The notes under the pieces are model-generated. The model ran no database searches. It had not been told where the DNA came from and saw only the letters and a list, made by a program, of their open reading frames with translations. Position numbers and translations under genes: made by a program. A stretch of 64,000 nucleotides of DNA from Actinomycetota bacterium (GTDB lineage: Bacteria; Actinomycetota; CADDZG01; WHSQ01). Positions 1 to 9,666 of this stretch are shown piece by piece (positions within the stretch are counted from its first letter, which is position 1; each line of letters starts with the position of its first letter). The stretch lies in the NCBI GenBank assembly GCA_013697295.1, contig JACCXF010000202.1, positions 4,027-68,026 of the forward strand. Direction: 5' to 3'.

Positions 1-903
1 GTTGCGCGCGGAGGGCTTCCGTTGCTGGCGCAGCGTGAAGGTGGCCCCCGGCAGGAGAACGGCCACCGTGTCACCGGCCCCGATGTCGTGGATCGCGTCG
101 GGCGAGGTGTGATTGAGATGGTCGGCGGTAGCGAACCCCCATCGGGCCGCGAATGAGGCCGCCTGACCATCCTCGAGTTGATCGCCGTGCATGCGCATCC
201 GCAAACCCAGGGGTCTCGCCGCCTCGGCCAGCCGGGCCGCGTGTTCCAGGGCGAACGCGATCGACTCGACGTAGATATCGCAGGCCTCCGCCAGGCCCTC
301 TTCCGCGATCCTAGGCAGCAGGTCCGAAGCCACCTCGCCTATCCACTCCCCCGCCGACTTCTCCTTCGGGATCGCGTGAGCGGCGAGGCACGTGGTGGTG
401 GTCGTCTGCTTTACCCGGGACGCCAGCGTCCGCGCCAGCTGCAGCTGCCTGATCTCTGCCGCTATCGACAGGCCGTAGCCGGACTTCATCTCGAATGTCG
501 TGGTGCCTCGCTCGAGCATCGAGTTCGCCAGCGACTCGCCGAACTCCAGGACCTCGGCGTCGGATGCCTCACCCAGCATCCTGGCCGACCGGAAGATCCC
601 ACCATCCTCGCCGTGCAAGGTCTCATACCGCGCGCCACCCAACCGCGCCGCGTCTTCGTCGGCCCTCCATCCGAAGAACGGAAGATGCGTGTGACAGTCG
701 ACGAAACCCGGCACGACCGTGCAGCCGGAGGCGTCGAAACCCCCCTGGCCCGAAACCGTCGGTCCCACTTGAGCGACGCGATCTTCCTCGAAGGCGACCG
801 AAGCGTTGGCTAGGACATCGATCGAGGTCAGGTCCGGCCCGCGCACCGGAACGGCGGCGAAGGGCACAAGCGACGCCGCATCGCGTAGCACGAGAGAGCT
901 CAT
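1..903 (-). CDS. hutI: Imidazolonepropionase (amidohydrolase); 3' end runs off the window start
   Basis: Not in the ORF track. Manual translation from ATG at 903 gives MSSLVLRDAAS...VVPGFVDCHTHLPF...GGIFRS...RGTTTFEMKSGYGLS (HxH metal motif, HutI-typical KSGYGL). The start overlaps the upstream stop (TGATG). Confidence 0.85.
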   Translation of the reverse strand, partial: MSSLVLRDAASLVPFAAVPVRGPDLTSIDVLANASVAFEEDRVAQVGPTVSGQGGFDASGCTVVPGFVDCHTHLPFFGWRADEDAARLGGARYETLHGEDGGIFRSARMLGEASDAEVLEFGESLANSMLERGTTTFEMKSGYGLSIAAEIRQLQLARTLASRVKQTTTTTCLAAHAIPKEKSAGEWIGEVASDLLPRIAEEGLAEACDIYVESIAFALEHAARLAEAARPLGLRMRMHGDQLEDGQAASFAARWGFATADHLNHTSPDAIHDIGAGDTVAVLLPGATFTLRQQRKPSARN

Positions 904-1928
904 CAGTCGCCTCGGTCTCGCGCTCGACGATCTGCCTTCTTGAAAGCGAAGGTCCCGTCCTCGCGTTCGATCCGTTCGATCTCGCCACGCTCCATGAGGT
1001 AGACGAGGTGGGCCAGGGCCTCGCCCAATGCCAGGCGGCGCTGGAAGTTCAATAGCGTGGTGCCGAAGATCTCATCCGTGATCTCGTCCGCCGAGCGTGG
1101 CTCGTGACGGATCACCTGCAGTATCGAGCCGAGACGACGATCGTGATGCCGCGCGATAACGCGCGCGCGCCCTCCCCCGTCGTCGAAGGGGCGACCGTGA
1201 CCGGGAAGCACGAGAGCGGGGTCCAGCGCCTCGATCTTGTCCAGGGAAGCGAGGAACTCGCCCAGAGGATCGTCCGTCTCTCCGCGCCGGAAATCGATGT
1301 GAGGTGTGATAGCCGCGAGAAGATGATCGCCCGACAGCAGCGCCCGTTCTTCAGGTGCCCATAAACAGATGTGGGAGCTCGAATGGCCGGGCGTGTGGAT
1401 GACCTGCCAGGTGCGGCTCCCTGCGGCTATCTCCTCGCCCCCCTCGAGCCACGTGCCGGCGTCGACGACCCCGGAGATGAAGGGGCTCCAATCCTCGAAC
1501 GCCGTGAGCTCCTGGACCTCGGTGGGCCCCACACCATGCTCGGCGAATGTCTTCCGGAGGCGAGCGATCGTGTCCTGGGGGTTCCGGTAGAACCCGAGAT
1601 CGAACTCGGCGGCCTTGTGCATCCAGAGCTCGCATCCACTTCTCTCTACCATTCGAGCCGCCATGCCGTAGTGATCGATGTGCGTGTGCGTGATCACCAG
1701 CCTGCTAACGTCCTCTACGGCGACATCACAGACCTCGAGCGAGCGCACCAGAGCGTCCCAACCGTGATCGTCCTCCTCCGAGGGAGCGAAGATCCCGCAG
1801 TCCACGAGCGTCGCGCCGTCAGGTTCCGTCAAGAGGTACGCATTGACGCGATCGAGTCCGGGGAAAGGCAGTGGAAGTACCAGGCGGAAGACACCCGGCA
1901 ACGGCTCCCGCCGGCGCGGTGGTCTCAA
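903..1928 (-). CDS. MBL-fold metallo-hydrolase with C-terminal winged-helix-like tail
   Basis: THTHIDHYG (HxHxDH), HTPGHS, SGDH and PGHG motifs. Confidence 0.85.
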   Translation of the reverse strand: MRPPRRREPLPGVFRLVLPLPFPGLDRVNAYLLTEPDGATLVDCGIFAPSEEDDHGWDALVRSLEVCDVAVEDVSRLVITHTHIDHYGMAARMVERSGCELWMHKAAEFDLGFYRNPQDTIARLRKTFAEHGVGPTEVQELTAFEDWSPFISGVVDAGTWLEGGEEIAAGSRTWQVIHTPGHSSSHICLWAPEERALLSGDHLLAAITPHIDFRRGETDDPLGEFLASLDKIEALDPALVLPGHGRPFDDGGGRARVIARHHDRRLGSILQVIRHEPRSADEITDEIFGTTLLNFQRRLALGEALAHLVYLMERGEIERIEREDGTFAFKKADRRARDRGD

Positions 1929-1961
1929 AGACGACTCGCTCTAGGTTGCACCCGGCGAGTC

Positions 1962-2171
1962 CTACTCGTGCAGCTGTTCTTTGATGACGAACGAGATGCG
2001 AACGAGAACCCTGTACTTGAGCTCGCCGTCCGAGACCAGGCCGTCGATGCGTTCGACCTCGAAAGTTGTCACTCCTTGGAGCGTCAGGCTGGCTCGGTGC
2101 ACCGCCGAACCCACGGCCTCTTCGATCGTGCTTCCGGTCGCCGTAAGGTCTATGGACTTCTCGATCGACAT
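1962..2171 (-). CDS. Dodecin-family flavin-binding protein
   Basis: 69 aa; IEEAV..AV.RASLTL.GV..FEV...YRV.VRISF dodecin pattern; AAGGGG SD. Confidence 0.8.
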   Translation of the reverse strand: MSIEKSIDLTATGSTIEEAVGSAVHRASLTLQGVTTFEVERIDGLVSDGELKYRVLVRISFVIKEQLHE

Positions 2172-2585
2172 CGCGCTACCCCCTTTTCGGAACTGGGGTC
2201 ATCCTAGTTGGCGGCGCGAGGGGCCCCGCCATAAAGGGCGCGTTAGCGCGCGATCGGCGACGTAAAGGTGGGAGTCCGGTGACAACGGACGGACGGACGG
2301 TGCGCGGCCACCGCGCGGCGGCGGTGATCCTTCGCAAGCACGTCACGTGAGATCGCGAACCACCACTTCGTCGCCGGCAGCTTCAACGAAGCATTTCGGG
2401 GGCCGGAGAGCCACGGACAGCTACGTGTTTGATCCATGACGTATCTCTTCCCACGTATGCGGAAAGCATGATTCCCATTCGCCGGGCATGCCCGTTTATG
2501 TCCGAAACACCCAAGAAAAACTTTTCCAAACGAAACAAGCAACGCGAACTCTCATCCCACCCGAGAAGTTCCCCCCGAGGGGGGT

Positions 2586-2683
2586 CTGGGGGGAGTAGGT
2601 CGTCTCGACGACCGATCCCCCCAGGGGTTGCCGCAGGCCGGCATGGAATGCCGGCCGTGGAGCAAGGGTTGCGGCAGCAACCC
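2586..2683. repeat. Multi-hairpin REP-like intergenic element
   Basis: CTGGGGGGA(2586-94)/TCCCCCCAG(2616-24) encloses GGTCGTC-TC-GACGACC; then GGCCGGCAT-GGA-ATGCCGGCC (2636-56) and GGGTTGC-GGCA-GCAACCC (2666-83). Confidence 0.6.
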
Positions 2684-2703
2684 GCCGCGTGCGGACATAA
2701 GAA

Positions 2704-3762
2704 CTAGAGGGCTGCGACCTCGTGGAGAGATATCACTTCGTCACGGATGCGGTCGAATGCGTCCACCACCTCCGGATCGAACTGCCGTCCGCGCTCCCCT
2801 GCTATCTCCTCGAGAGCCCGGTCGAGGCTCCACGCCTGCTTATAGGGCCGCTTGTGGATAAGTGCGTCGAAGACGTCCGCCAGCGCCACCACTCGTCCGA
2901 TCAATGGGATCTCCGGGCCCGCCAGCCCCCGCGGGTAGCCGCCGCCGGCCCATCTCTCGTGGTGAGTAATCGCGATCTCCTCGGCCAGTCGCAATAGCTC
3001 GAAGCGATTCTCGGAGAGGATGCGGGCGCCGATGACGGTGTGGTCCTTCATGCGGGTGAACTCAGCCGGAGACAGATGCCCCTCCTTCAACAGGATGGCG
3101 TCGGGGATCCCTATCTTTCCGATGTCGTGTAGCTGGGCTGCACGGAAAACCAGGTCGCCGTCGCCGTCCGGGGCCACCCCGAGCTCGAGCGCCAGGAGCG
3201 CCGCCGTGCGACCGACTCTCTCGGTGTGCCGCAAGGTAGCGTCATCGCGATACTCCGCGGCCAACGCAAGACGCTGAAGGATCTCGACCCTCAGGTCTTC
3301 CAGCTCGCGCGTCCGCTCTCGCACCGCCAGCTCCAGCACGCGATTCTCGTCCTTCAAGGTCTGGTGCAACATGCGCGTCTCGAGCAGGTTTCGCACGCGG
3401 AGCAGCGCTTCGGCGCTATCGAACGGCTTCGTCAGAAACTCTTTGGCTCCTCCCAAGAGGGCTCGCTGGCGGATCTCCGGTGACAGATCGGCGGTCAGCA
3501 CCAGGATCGGAAGAGGTGCGTGGGGTGAGGCGTGGCGCGACATCTCGGCCATGATCTCGAGCCCCCCCAGCTGTGGCATGTGCAGATCCAGGATCAACAG
3601 GTCTGGGTCGCTCTCTTCGATCGTGGGGATGGCGAGGCGCGGATCCGTCACTCCGATCACGTTCAGGTAGCCGTCCAGCGCCAGGACCTCGGTCAGCAAC
3701 TGAACGATCGAATCCGAGTCATCGACGACCACTATCCGCGCGGCCCGCAGGGCCTCTTTCAT
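2704..3762 (-). CDS. Response regulator with HD-GYP phosphodiesterase domain (RpfG-like c-di-GMP PDE)
   Basis: REC domain (VVDD, DLHMP, TKPF) plus LHDIGK, HHERWAGGGYP, ADVFDAL, KRPYK; start placed at MKEALR (an upstream start is possible). Confidence 0.9.
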   Translation of the reverse strand: MKEALRAARIVVVDDSDSIVQLLTEVLALDGYLNVIGVTDPRLAIPTIEESDPDLLILDLHMPQLGGLEIMAEMSRHASPHAPLPILVLTADLSPEIRQRALLGGAKEFLTKPFDSAEALLRVRNLLETRMLHQTLKDENRVLELAVRERTRELEDLRVEILQRLALAAEYRDDATLRHTERVGRTAALLALELGVAPDGDGDLVFRAAQLHDIGKIGIPDAILLKEGHLSPAEFTRMKDHTVIGARILSENRFELLRLAEEIAITHHERWAGGGYPRGLAGPEIPLIGRVVALADVFDALIHKRPYKQAWSLDRALEEIAGERGRQFDPEVVDAFDRIRDEVISLHEVAAL

Positions 3763-3987
3763 CGTCAGGCCGCCGTTCTTCACCAGTCCGCCCCGGTAGG
3801 GCTTGGATAGCGGGTATTCGACCGGCGGGACGTAGTTCCTGCTAGGCGGGCCGGATTTTCGCCGTCCATTCTGCACTCTTCGGGCGAATCGACCCTATCG
3901 GGTGCCCTGACGGGCTCCAAAGGGGCTCGCAGCGGGCTCAGCAGGGGTGCCGTGGAGGCCCGAAAATGGTGCTGCGCGGGCCTCGGC

Positions 3988-5340
3988 CTAGACGTAGCCC
4001 CTCAGCTCGGCGGCGCGGGCCACCCGCTCGACGGCGATATCGAAGCCCGCGTCCCTCAGTGACGTTTCGTCGTGTTCGGAGCGCGAGAAGACTGCTTCCG
4101 TCGCCTTGGTCATCCGCTTCTTGAGCTCGAAATTTACGTTGTCGATCTCCCACCGGAACTCCTGGATGTTCTGGACCCACTCGAAGTAGGAAACCGTGAC
4201 GCCGCCGGCATTCGCCAGGATGTCCGGCACCACCATCACTCCGTTCTCGGCGAGGATCTTGTCGGCCACCGGCGTGATGGGGCCGTTCGCAGCCTCCACA
4301 ACGAGCTGCGTGCGTACCTTGTCGGCGTTGTCGCTCGTGATAACACCCTCGATCGCGGCCGGGATGAGGATGTCGCACTCGATCTCGAGAAGATCGTCGT
4401 TCGACACCTTGTCCCCGTCCTCGTGATCCCCAACCGTCTCTGCATCTGCAGTGAACGAATGGAGGTCCTGGATGTCGAGTCCCTCTTTGTTGTAGATGCC
4501 GCTGGTCACGTCGGAAACCGCAACGACTTTGGCTCCCGCCTCGCTTGCCAGTCGCGCCGCCCAGTACCCGACGTTTCCGAATCCCTGGATCACGACCGAC
4601 GCATCGCGGAACTGCATGTTGCGCTTCTTGGCGATCTCGCGCGCGCAGATGACGACCCCGCGGCCGGTAGCCTCCTCACGGCCTGGGGAACCGCCCAACT
4701 CGACAGGCTTGCCCGTGACGATGCCGGGCGTGTACCCATACTTCTGCCCGTAGGCATCCATCATCCAGGCCATGGTCTGCGCGTTCGTCCCCATGTCGGG
4801 AGCGGGGATGTCGCGTTGCACGCCGATGATGTAGCCGATCATGGACGTGAATCGACGCGTCAAGCGCTCGAGCTCCCCCTCAGACAACTTCCTGGGGTCG
4901 CACTGCACCCCCCCCTTGGCGCCGCCGAAGGGAACGTCCACCAAGGCGTTCTTCCACGTCATGAGGGCAGCCAGAGCCCGGACCTCGTCGAGGTCTGCGC
5001 TGGGATGGAACCGAACACCACCTTTGTAGGGGCCTCTGGCACCATTGTGCTGAATCCTGTAACCACGGTGCACCTTGATGAATCCGTCATCCATCTTGAC
5101 GGGGACCTGAACGGCCATCTCTCTGTACGTGCTCGCGAGCACCGATCGCATCTCGTCCCGCAGGCCGAGTCGGTCGGCGGCGAGATGGAAGAAGTAGGTC
5201 GCCGCCTCGAATGGAGTCATCTCGTCGTGCGCCTCGACTACCGGCGGGGCCGAACCCATCTCGGTTGCGGTATCTCTCGATTCCTCGAGGGCCTCTTGCT
5301 CCTCGGGTTCGTTTGGTTTCGACGTCTTCTCAGCGGACAC
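3988..5340 (-). CDS. gdhA: Glu/Leu/Phe/Val dehydrogenase (glutamate dehydrogenase)
   Basis: GPYKGGVRF, GGAKGG, PAPDMGT, GFGNVG, EAANGP, NAGGVTVSYFEW. Confidence 0.92.
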   Translation of the reverse strand: MSAEKTSKPNEPEEQEALEESRDTATEMGSAPPVVEAHDEMTPFEAATYFFHLAADRLGLRDEMRSVLASTYREMAVQVPVKMDDGFIKVHRGYRIQHNGARGPYKGGVRFHPSADLDEVRALAALMTWKNALVDVPFGGAKGGVQCDPRKLSEGELERLTRRFTSMIGYIIGVQRDIPAPDMGTNAQTMAWMMDAYGQKYGYTPGIVTGKPVELGGSPGREEATGRGVVICAREIAKKRNMQFRDASVVIQGFGNVGYWAARLASEAGAKVVAVSDVTSGIYNKEGLDIQDLHSFTADAETVGDHEDGDKVSNDDLLEIECDILIPAAIEGVITSDNADKVRTQLVVEAANGPITPVADKILAENGVMVVPDILANAGGVTVSYFEWVQNIQEFRWEIDNVNFELKKRMTKATEAVFSRSEHDETSLRDAGFDIAVERVARAAELRGYV

Positions 5341-5349
5341 GATTCCCCC

Positions 5350-6273
5350 CTACTTCGCCGGTGCGATGACCTCCACTGACTCGTCTACCCGCTCCGTCAC
5401 ACTTCTCAACTCCCCTGAAAGGAATGCCCGGGTGTGCTCGTACGACAGATCTATGAGCCGCGCAGTGAAGTCCATCGAAGCGAAGGGAACATAGAAGTCC
5501 AACGGCGCAGCCGGGATGAGGATCAGCTCTACCTTCGAGGCGTACAACGGGACCTCGATGTCGAAGCGTTGAGAGCGAGCCAGCCCGAAGGCGTGAACGA
5601 GGTAGTCGATGGGGCGGTTCAGGGGCCTGTGCTGTGCGTTGTTCTGCGCTGTGGCATCCAGGACGTAGACCGTGCGGGCTCCCATATCCACGGCGGGAGC
5701 GACGGGGACGTTGTTTGCGACGCCTCCATCGATGTATTTGCGGCCCTCGATCTCGACCGGGGGAAAGATTCCCGGCATCGCTATCGAGGCCAGCAGGGTG
5801 GGCAGGATCTCACCCGATGTGAAGGTGCGATCCTTGCCGGTGGCCAGATCCGTCGCAAGGATCCCAAGAGTCAACTGTGCATCGTCGAAGACGGCGTTTC
5901 CGATGCGCGTGGTTACGAGCTTGCGAATGCCGCTGTTCTCGAAGATGCGATTCCCTCGGACGAGCATCCGGGCCCACGAGGCTTTGAAGCGACCTCCCGG
6001 GAACAGATCCGTGTCCTGTAGACCTCTCCAGATGGTCTCGAGTCGATCCGTGCCCGCCGTGGTCGGGTCCAGCGCCAAGAAGGTCGCGTTGAGTGCGCCG
6101 ACCGACGACCCAACGACCATGTCCGGCATGACCCCATGCTCGAACAACGCACGCATCTGGCCCACCTGTAGCGCACCGAGCGGACCTCCTCCCGAGAAAG
6201 CGAAGGCGACGCCCCCTCGACGGCGCGAGGCGAGTCTCTTGAGCCACTGGGCCCTCGAGGGGTAAGACTTCAT
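5350..6273 (-). CDS. Patatin-like phospholipase/esterase
   Basis: SGGGPLG oxyanion loop, GSSVG nucleophile, DGG. Confidence 0.9.
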   Translation of the reverse strand: MKSYPSRAQWLKRLASRRRGGVAFAFSGGGPLGALQVGQMRALFEHGVMPDMVVGSSVGALNATFLALDPTTAGTDRLETIWRGLQDTDLFPGGRFKASWARMLVRGNRIFENSGIRKLVTTRIGNAVFDDAQLTLGILATDLATGKDRTFTSGEILPTLLASIAMPGIFPPVEIEGRKYIDGGVANNVPVAPAVDMGARTVYVLDATAQNNAQHRPLNRPIDYLVHAFGLARSQRFDIEVPLYASKVELILIPAAPLDFYVPFASMDFTARLIDLSYEHTRAFLSGELRSVTERVDESVEVIAPAK

Positions 6274-6342
6274 CTCACTCTCATGAGCACATCATCGGCC
6301 CATTCGCCCGTTTGCTGAGTACTCCCGGATCGACCAAGTCCC

Positions 6343-6798
6343 TCAGCGGCTGGCCTTCTTCTTCGCGCTGGAGGCGGTCTTGCGAGCCTTCTTCGTCGTC
6401 TTGGCCGACTGCGCCCGTGCCTTGGTGGCCGCCGCCGAACCCTTGGCGCGCGCTGCGGACGTCGAGGACTTCGCTGCCTTCTTCGTGGCGTCGGCCGCTT
6501 TCCGGGCGGTCTTCCGGGCGGTCTTCGCTTCCTTCGACCCGGTCACCGTCTGCGCACCCTTGCGAGACTGATCCACGGCGGTCTTCACGAGCGCAACGGC
6601 CGCTCCGGCCGCGACCTTGGCTGCATCTCCGGCCACCTTCACCGACTTCCTGGCCCGCTTGGCCTCGCGGGTCTTAGACACCTGCTTGGCCGTCTTGCCG
6701 GCCGTCTCGACTGCCTTCTTGCCCACATTCGACATGCTCTTGGCGGCGACCTTGATCTGCTTGCTCGCCTGCGCTCTCTGCTTGCTGGGTCTAGCCAT
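6343..6798 (-). CDS. Lys/Ala-rich histone H1-like protein
   Basis: AAGGAGG SD before ATG 6798; 151 aa dominated by K/A/T/S with a central hydrophobic stretch VAAGAAVALV. Confidence 0.7.
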   Translation of the reverse strand: MARPSKQRAQASKQIKVAAKSMSNVGKKAVETAGKTAKQVSKTREAKRARKSVKVAGDAAKVAAGAAVALVKTAVDQSRKGAQTVTGSKEAKTARKTARKAADATKKAAKSSTSAARAKGSAAATKARAQSAKTTKKARKTASSAKKKASR

Positions 6799-6880
6799 TG
6801 AGGCCCTCCTTCGGGTGTGTGGCAAGAATCTACCCTCTCCGGGGGCCGGGTTCGGCGCGCCGGCGCCCGTCCCAGAGGAC

Positions 6881-7117
6881 CTACCGGTCGAGGTGGATCC
6901 GAAGCCAGGTGCGTCGACCGCAAGCCGGACAGCGGAACCACGAATGGTGGTATTTCACGACCGGCAGGTGGAAATGCACGGGGAACATGAGGGCGGCCAG
7001 CTCGACGAGGGATACGCGCGTCTCCTCCCGACACGAGGAGCACTCGACGGTGCATGTCATGGGTTTGCGCTCGGTGGCGCTGTAAAGCGCGTGCTTCCCG
7101 ATCGGCCCATCGCTCAT
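6881..7117 (-). CDS. Small Zn-ribbon protein (CxxC...CxxC), translationally coupled to ParA
   Basis: CSSC and CPAC motifs; ATGA overlap with the parA stop. Confidence 0.7.
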   Translation of the reverse strand: MSDGPIGKHALYSATERKPMTCTVECSSCREETRVSLVELAALMFPVHFHLPVVKYHHSWFRCPACGRRTWLRIHLDR

Positions 7118-7869
7118 GGAGACGCCTTCTCGATAACGGTGGCGAGCTCGCGGTAGGCCTCTGCCCCCGGATGACTCGGAGCGAATGAGACGATCGACCT
7201 ACCCACCTGCGTGGCCTCGGCGAAGCGGATCGACTTCCGAACGGGCGGTTCAAGCAATGGAACGCCGTAGCGACTGCCGATGTCGGCAAGAACCTCACGC
7301 GCATGGCGGGTCCGCCCATCGAACATGGTCGCGACGAGACCTATGACCTCGAGATCGGGGTTGGTGAAGTGACGGATGTCGCCGAGGGTCTCGATCAGCT
7401 GACCCACGGCACGGTGGGAGAGCGCCTCGGCGAGCAACGGGATTACGACTTCCTGCGCCGCAGTGAGCCCGTTGATAGTGAGGATCCCGAGTGATGGAGG
7501 GCAATCGATCAACACGTAGTCGTACATCGGAAGCACTTCTCTCAATGCTCGCTCGAGCGCGTACTCCCGGCCGGTCTTGGCCAGCAACACGGCCTCCGCC
7601 CCTGCGAGGTCGATGTTCGCTGGCACCAGATCGACCTCTCGAGCCTGGATGACTTTCTGCATGGGAAGCCGGCGAATAAGCACGTCGTTGATCGTCTCGT
7701 CGAGCGCGTCGGGGTCGATCCCCAGCGAATAGGTCAACGCTCCCTGTGGATCGAGGTCTATAGCGAGTACGCGCAGCCCGCGCTCGCCAAGGGCCGCCGC
7801 GATCGACACCGTCGTAGTGGTCTTGGCTACGCCACCCTTCTGATTCGCGAACGCGATGATGCGAACCAT
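7114..7869 (-). CDS. Orphan ParA/Soj-family ATPase
   Basis: NQKGGVAKTT deviant Walker A, DLDPQG, IDCPPSLG; no parB nearby. Confidence 0.92.
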   Translation of the reverse strand: MVRIIAFANQKGGVAKTTTTVSIAAALGERGLRVLAIDLDPQGALTYSLGIDPDALDETINDVLIRRLPMQKVIQAREVDLVPANIDLAGAEAVLLAKTGREYALERALREVLPMYDYVLIDCPPSLGILTINGLTAAQEVVIPLLAEALSHRAVGQLIETLGDIRHFTNPDLEVIGLVATMFDGRTRHAREVLADIGSRYGVPLLEPPVRKSIRFAEATQVGRSIVSFAPSHPGAEAYRELATVIEKASP

Positions 7870-8328
7870 CTAATGGCCGTCCGCCGGTGGGAAGTTCACA
7901 TCTATCCCGAGCTCGACGAGCAGCCTCTTGACCTCGCTTGGGGGCCACCCGCGATCGCGCAACGCGAGGACGAGACCGGCCGCCGCCTCGCTCATGTCCT
8001 CGCGCTCGAATGACTCGTAGCCATCGAGAAAGCCGCGCGCGTAATCCCAGGAGACATACTCGTCGGGATCCGGCTCGAAAGCGGGTTCGTGTACCGGCGA
8101 CTCCCCCTGCTCGAGCATCTCCTTGAGGTTGCCAGCGAGGAGGTCCCAAGCCAGGTAGTGGTCTTCGTCACAGTCGGGACAATAGAAAACCGTGCCCTTG
8201 AGCCCTTTCGGGCCCAGAACTTCCTTCAGGACCTGAACGTCGACCAGATCCTGTCGTAGGCCCTCACGTTCCTCTTCGGTTATCTCCTGCTCCGGCTCGT
8301 CGTCGAACGAACCTGTGGGGTCTGACAT
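7870..8328 (-). CDS. DUF5319-family protein (actinobacterial, Cys/His motif)
   Basis: CPDCDEDHY..WDLL.GNL, HEPAFEPDP..YVSWDYARGF pattern; stop abuts the parA start. Confidence 0.7.
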   Translation of the reverse strand: MSDPTGSFDDEPEQEITEEEREGLRQDLVDVQVLKEVLGPKGLKGTVFYCPDCDEDHYLAWDLLAGNLKEMLEQGESPVHEPAFEPDPDEYVSWDYARGFLDGYESFEREDMSEAAAGLVLALRDRGWPPSEVKRLLVELGIDVNFPPADGH

Positions 8329-8363
8329 GGGGTCATCGTATGCGCTCGATGTGCGTGGCTACC

Positions 8364-9182
8364 TCAGAACGTGCCGAGATAAGCGTCGAGCAGGGGTTGG
8401 CCCAGCATCAACGCCAGAACGGTCCCCAGAGCCAGGAAGGGGCCGAAGGGGATCTCGGTCTTTCGGCCGCCCCCTCGCGTCACCAGGACCCCGATGCTGA
8501 TCACGCCGCCCAGCAGGAACGACAAGAACATCCCGACCAGGACGAGTCCGGGACCCTCGATGAAGCCGAGGAAGGTTCCGAGAACGAATCCAAGCTTCAC
8601 GTCACCCAGGCCCATCCCTTGGGGGTAGATGAAGGCAACGATGAAGAAGAATCCACCGAAGATGGCGGCGCCGATAGCCGCATCGAGTAGGCGACCGAGG
8701 TCTCCATCGATCACCGCGGCCGCAGCCAACCCCACCCAGCCGGCGACGAACAGCGGATACACGACGCGGTTGGGGAGGAGCTTGTGTCCCAGATCGATGA
8801 TCGTCAGCACGACCAACGTCCAGAAGAACGCCGCATAAGTTGCAGCCGTGACCCAACCCGAGACCGACGCGTCGTTGGCGGACACGACGAACTTGAAGGC
8901 GGCGAAGACGAAGAGGGCTCCAGTCGCCAGCTCGGTCAACGGATAGCGCGCGCCTATGGGGACCTTGCAATGCCTGCACTTCCCACGCAGCGCAACCCAG
9001 CTGATCACGGGGATGTTCTCGAGCGCCCCGATCTGATGGGCACACGCGGGACACTTGCTGCGCCCCGAGACGATGGTCTCCCGGCGCGGGATCCGATAAG
9101 AGGCCACGGTAGCGAAGCTCCCGAAGATGAGGCCCACTACGAACGCGGCGGCGAGGATGAAGGTTCCCACGAGGTTGTCCAT
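8364..9182 (-). CDS. pilD: Prepilin peptidase/N-methyltransferase (peptidase A24)
   Basis: GSF, RSKCPAC...GKCRHC Zn motifs, IIDLG..LLPN, GMGLGDVK, IPFGPFL. Confidence 0.9.
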   Translation of the reverse strand: MDNLVGTFILAAAFVVGLIFGSFATVASYRIPRRETIVSGRSKCPACAHQIGALENIPVISWVALRGKCRHCKVPIGARYPLTELATGALFVFAAFKFVVSANDASVSGWVTAATYAAFFWTLVVLTIIDLGHKLLPNRVVYPLFVAGWVGLAAAAVIDGDLGRLLDAAIGAAIFGGFFFIVAFIYPQGMGLGDVKLGFVLGTFLGFIEGPGLVLVGMFLSFLLGGVISIGVLVTRGGGRKTEIPFGPFLALGTVLALMLGQPLLDAYLGTF

Positions 9183-9189
9183 GTTGTCC

Positions 9190-9217
9190 TTATCGGGTCG
9201 TTCGGGACCGAATTTGA
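9190..9217 (-). promoter_or_regulatory. Putative sigma28 (FliA/WhiG)-type promoter for pilD
   Basis: Minus strand TCAA-N16-CCCGATAA, ending 7 nt before the ATG. Confidence 0.55.
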
Positions 9218-9245
9218 GCAACCAACTCGAAATGAAGCCTGACGT

Positions 9246-9617
9246 CTACTCGGGGTCGCCGATGTGGTCCCGGATGCGGCCGAGCAGGGCCTCGGCCTCG
9301 AAGGGCTTCATGATCACGTTGTCGGGGCCGATGGCGTCGTCGAACATCTCGTGGGCGTCCGGCTTCCCCGTAACCACGACGATCGGGATCCCAGCGGTCG
9401 CGGGATGCTCTTGGATCTCCTCGAACATCCGATGCCCCGATACGTCGGGCATCATCAGGTCCAGCAGGATCAGGTCGGGTCTCTTGAACTCCGCTTTGGC
9501 CAGGCCCTCGAGGCCGTCTCGGGCCTCCATGACCTCATAACCCTGGGCTTCGAGGATGAATTTCTCGAGCTCGCGCACCGCTTCTTCGTCCTCGACTATC
9601 AGTATTGTTTTCGCCAT
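9246..9617 (-). CDS. Single-domain response regulator (REC only)
   Basis: ILIVEDE, LLDLMMP, VVTG, MKPF. Confidence 0.9.
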   Translation of the reverse strand: MAKTILIVEDEEAVRELEKFILEAQGYEVMEARDGLEGLAKAEFKRPDLILLDLMMPDVSGHRMFEEIQEHPATAGIPIVVVTGKPDAHEMFDDAIGPDNVIMKPFEAEALLGRIRDHIGDPE

Positions 9618-9629
9618 GGGTGAACCGTA

Positions 9630-9657
9630 TCAATCCAATCTGCGTTTCTTCCGATAC
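9630..9657 (+). promoter_or_regulatory. Putative sigma28-type promoter for the FlgM-like ORF
   Basis: TCAA-N16-TCCGATAC, 9 nt before ATG 9667; same geometry as the pilD site. Confidence 0.45.
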
Positions 9658-9666
9658 AGGTCGGAG

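Noticed and set aside
178..813. 211-aa plus-strand ORF at the window start
   Set aside because: The opposite strand encodes a clear HutI; the track missed it only because its stop lies outside the window.
2243..2542. 99-aa minus-strand ORF (or 64 aa from MDQTRS) in the dodecin/HD-GYP gap
   Set aside because: No recognisable motif and only a weak SD; cannot be supported from sequence alone, though not excluded.
3895..3922. sigma28-like -10 (CCCGATAG) upstream of the HD-GYP gene
   Set aside because: No TCAA/TAAA -35 at the 15-16 nt spacing (CTTT there).
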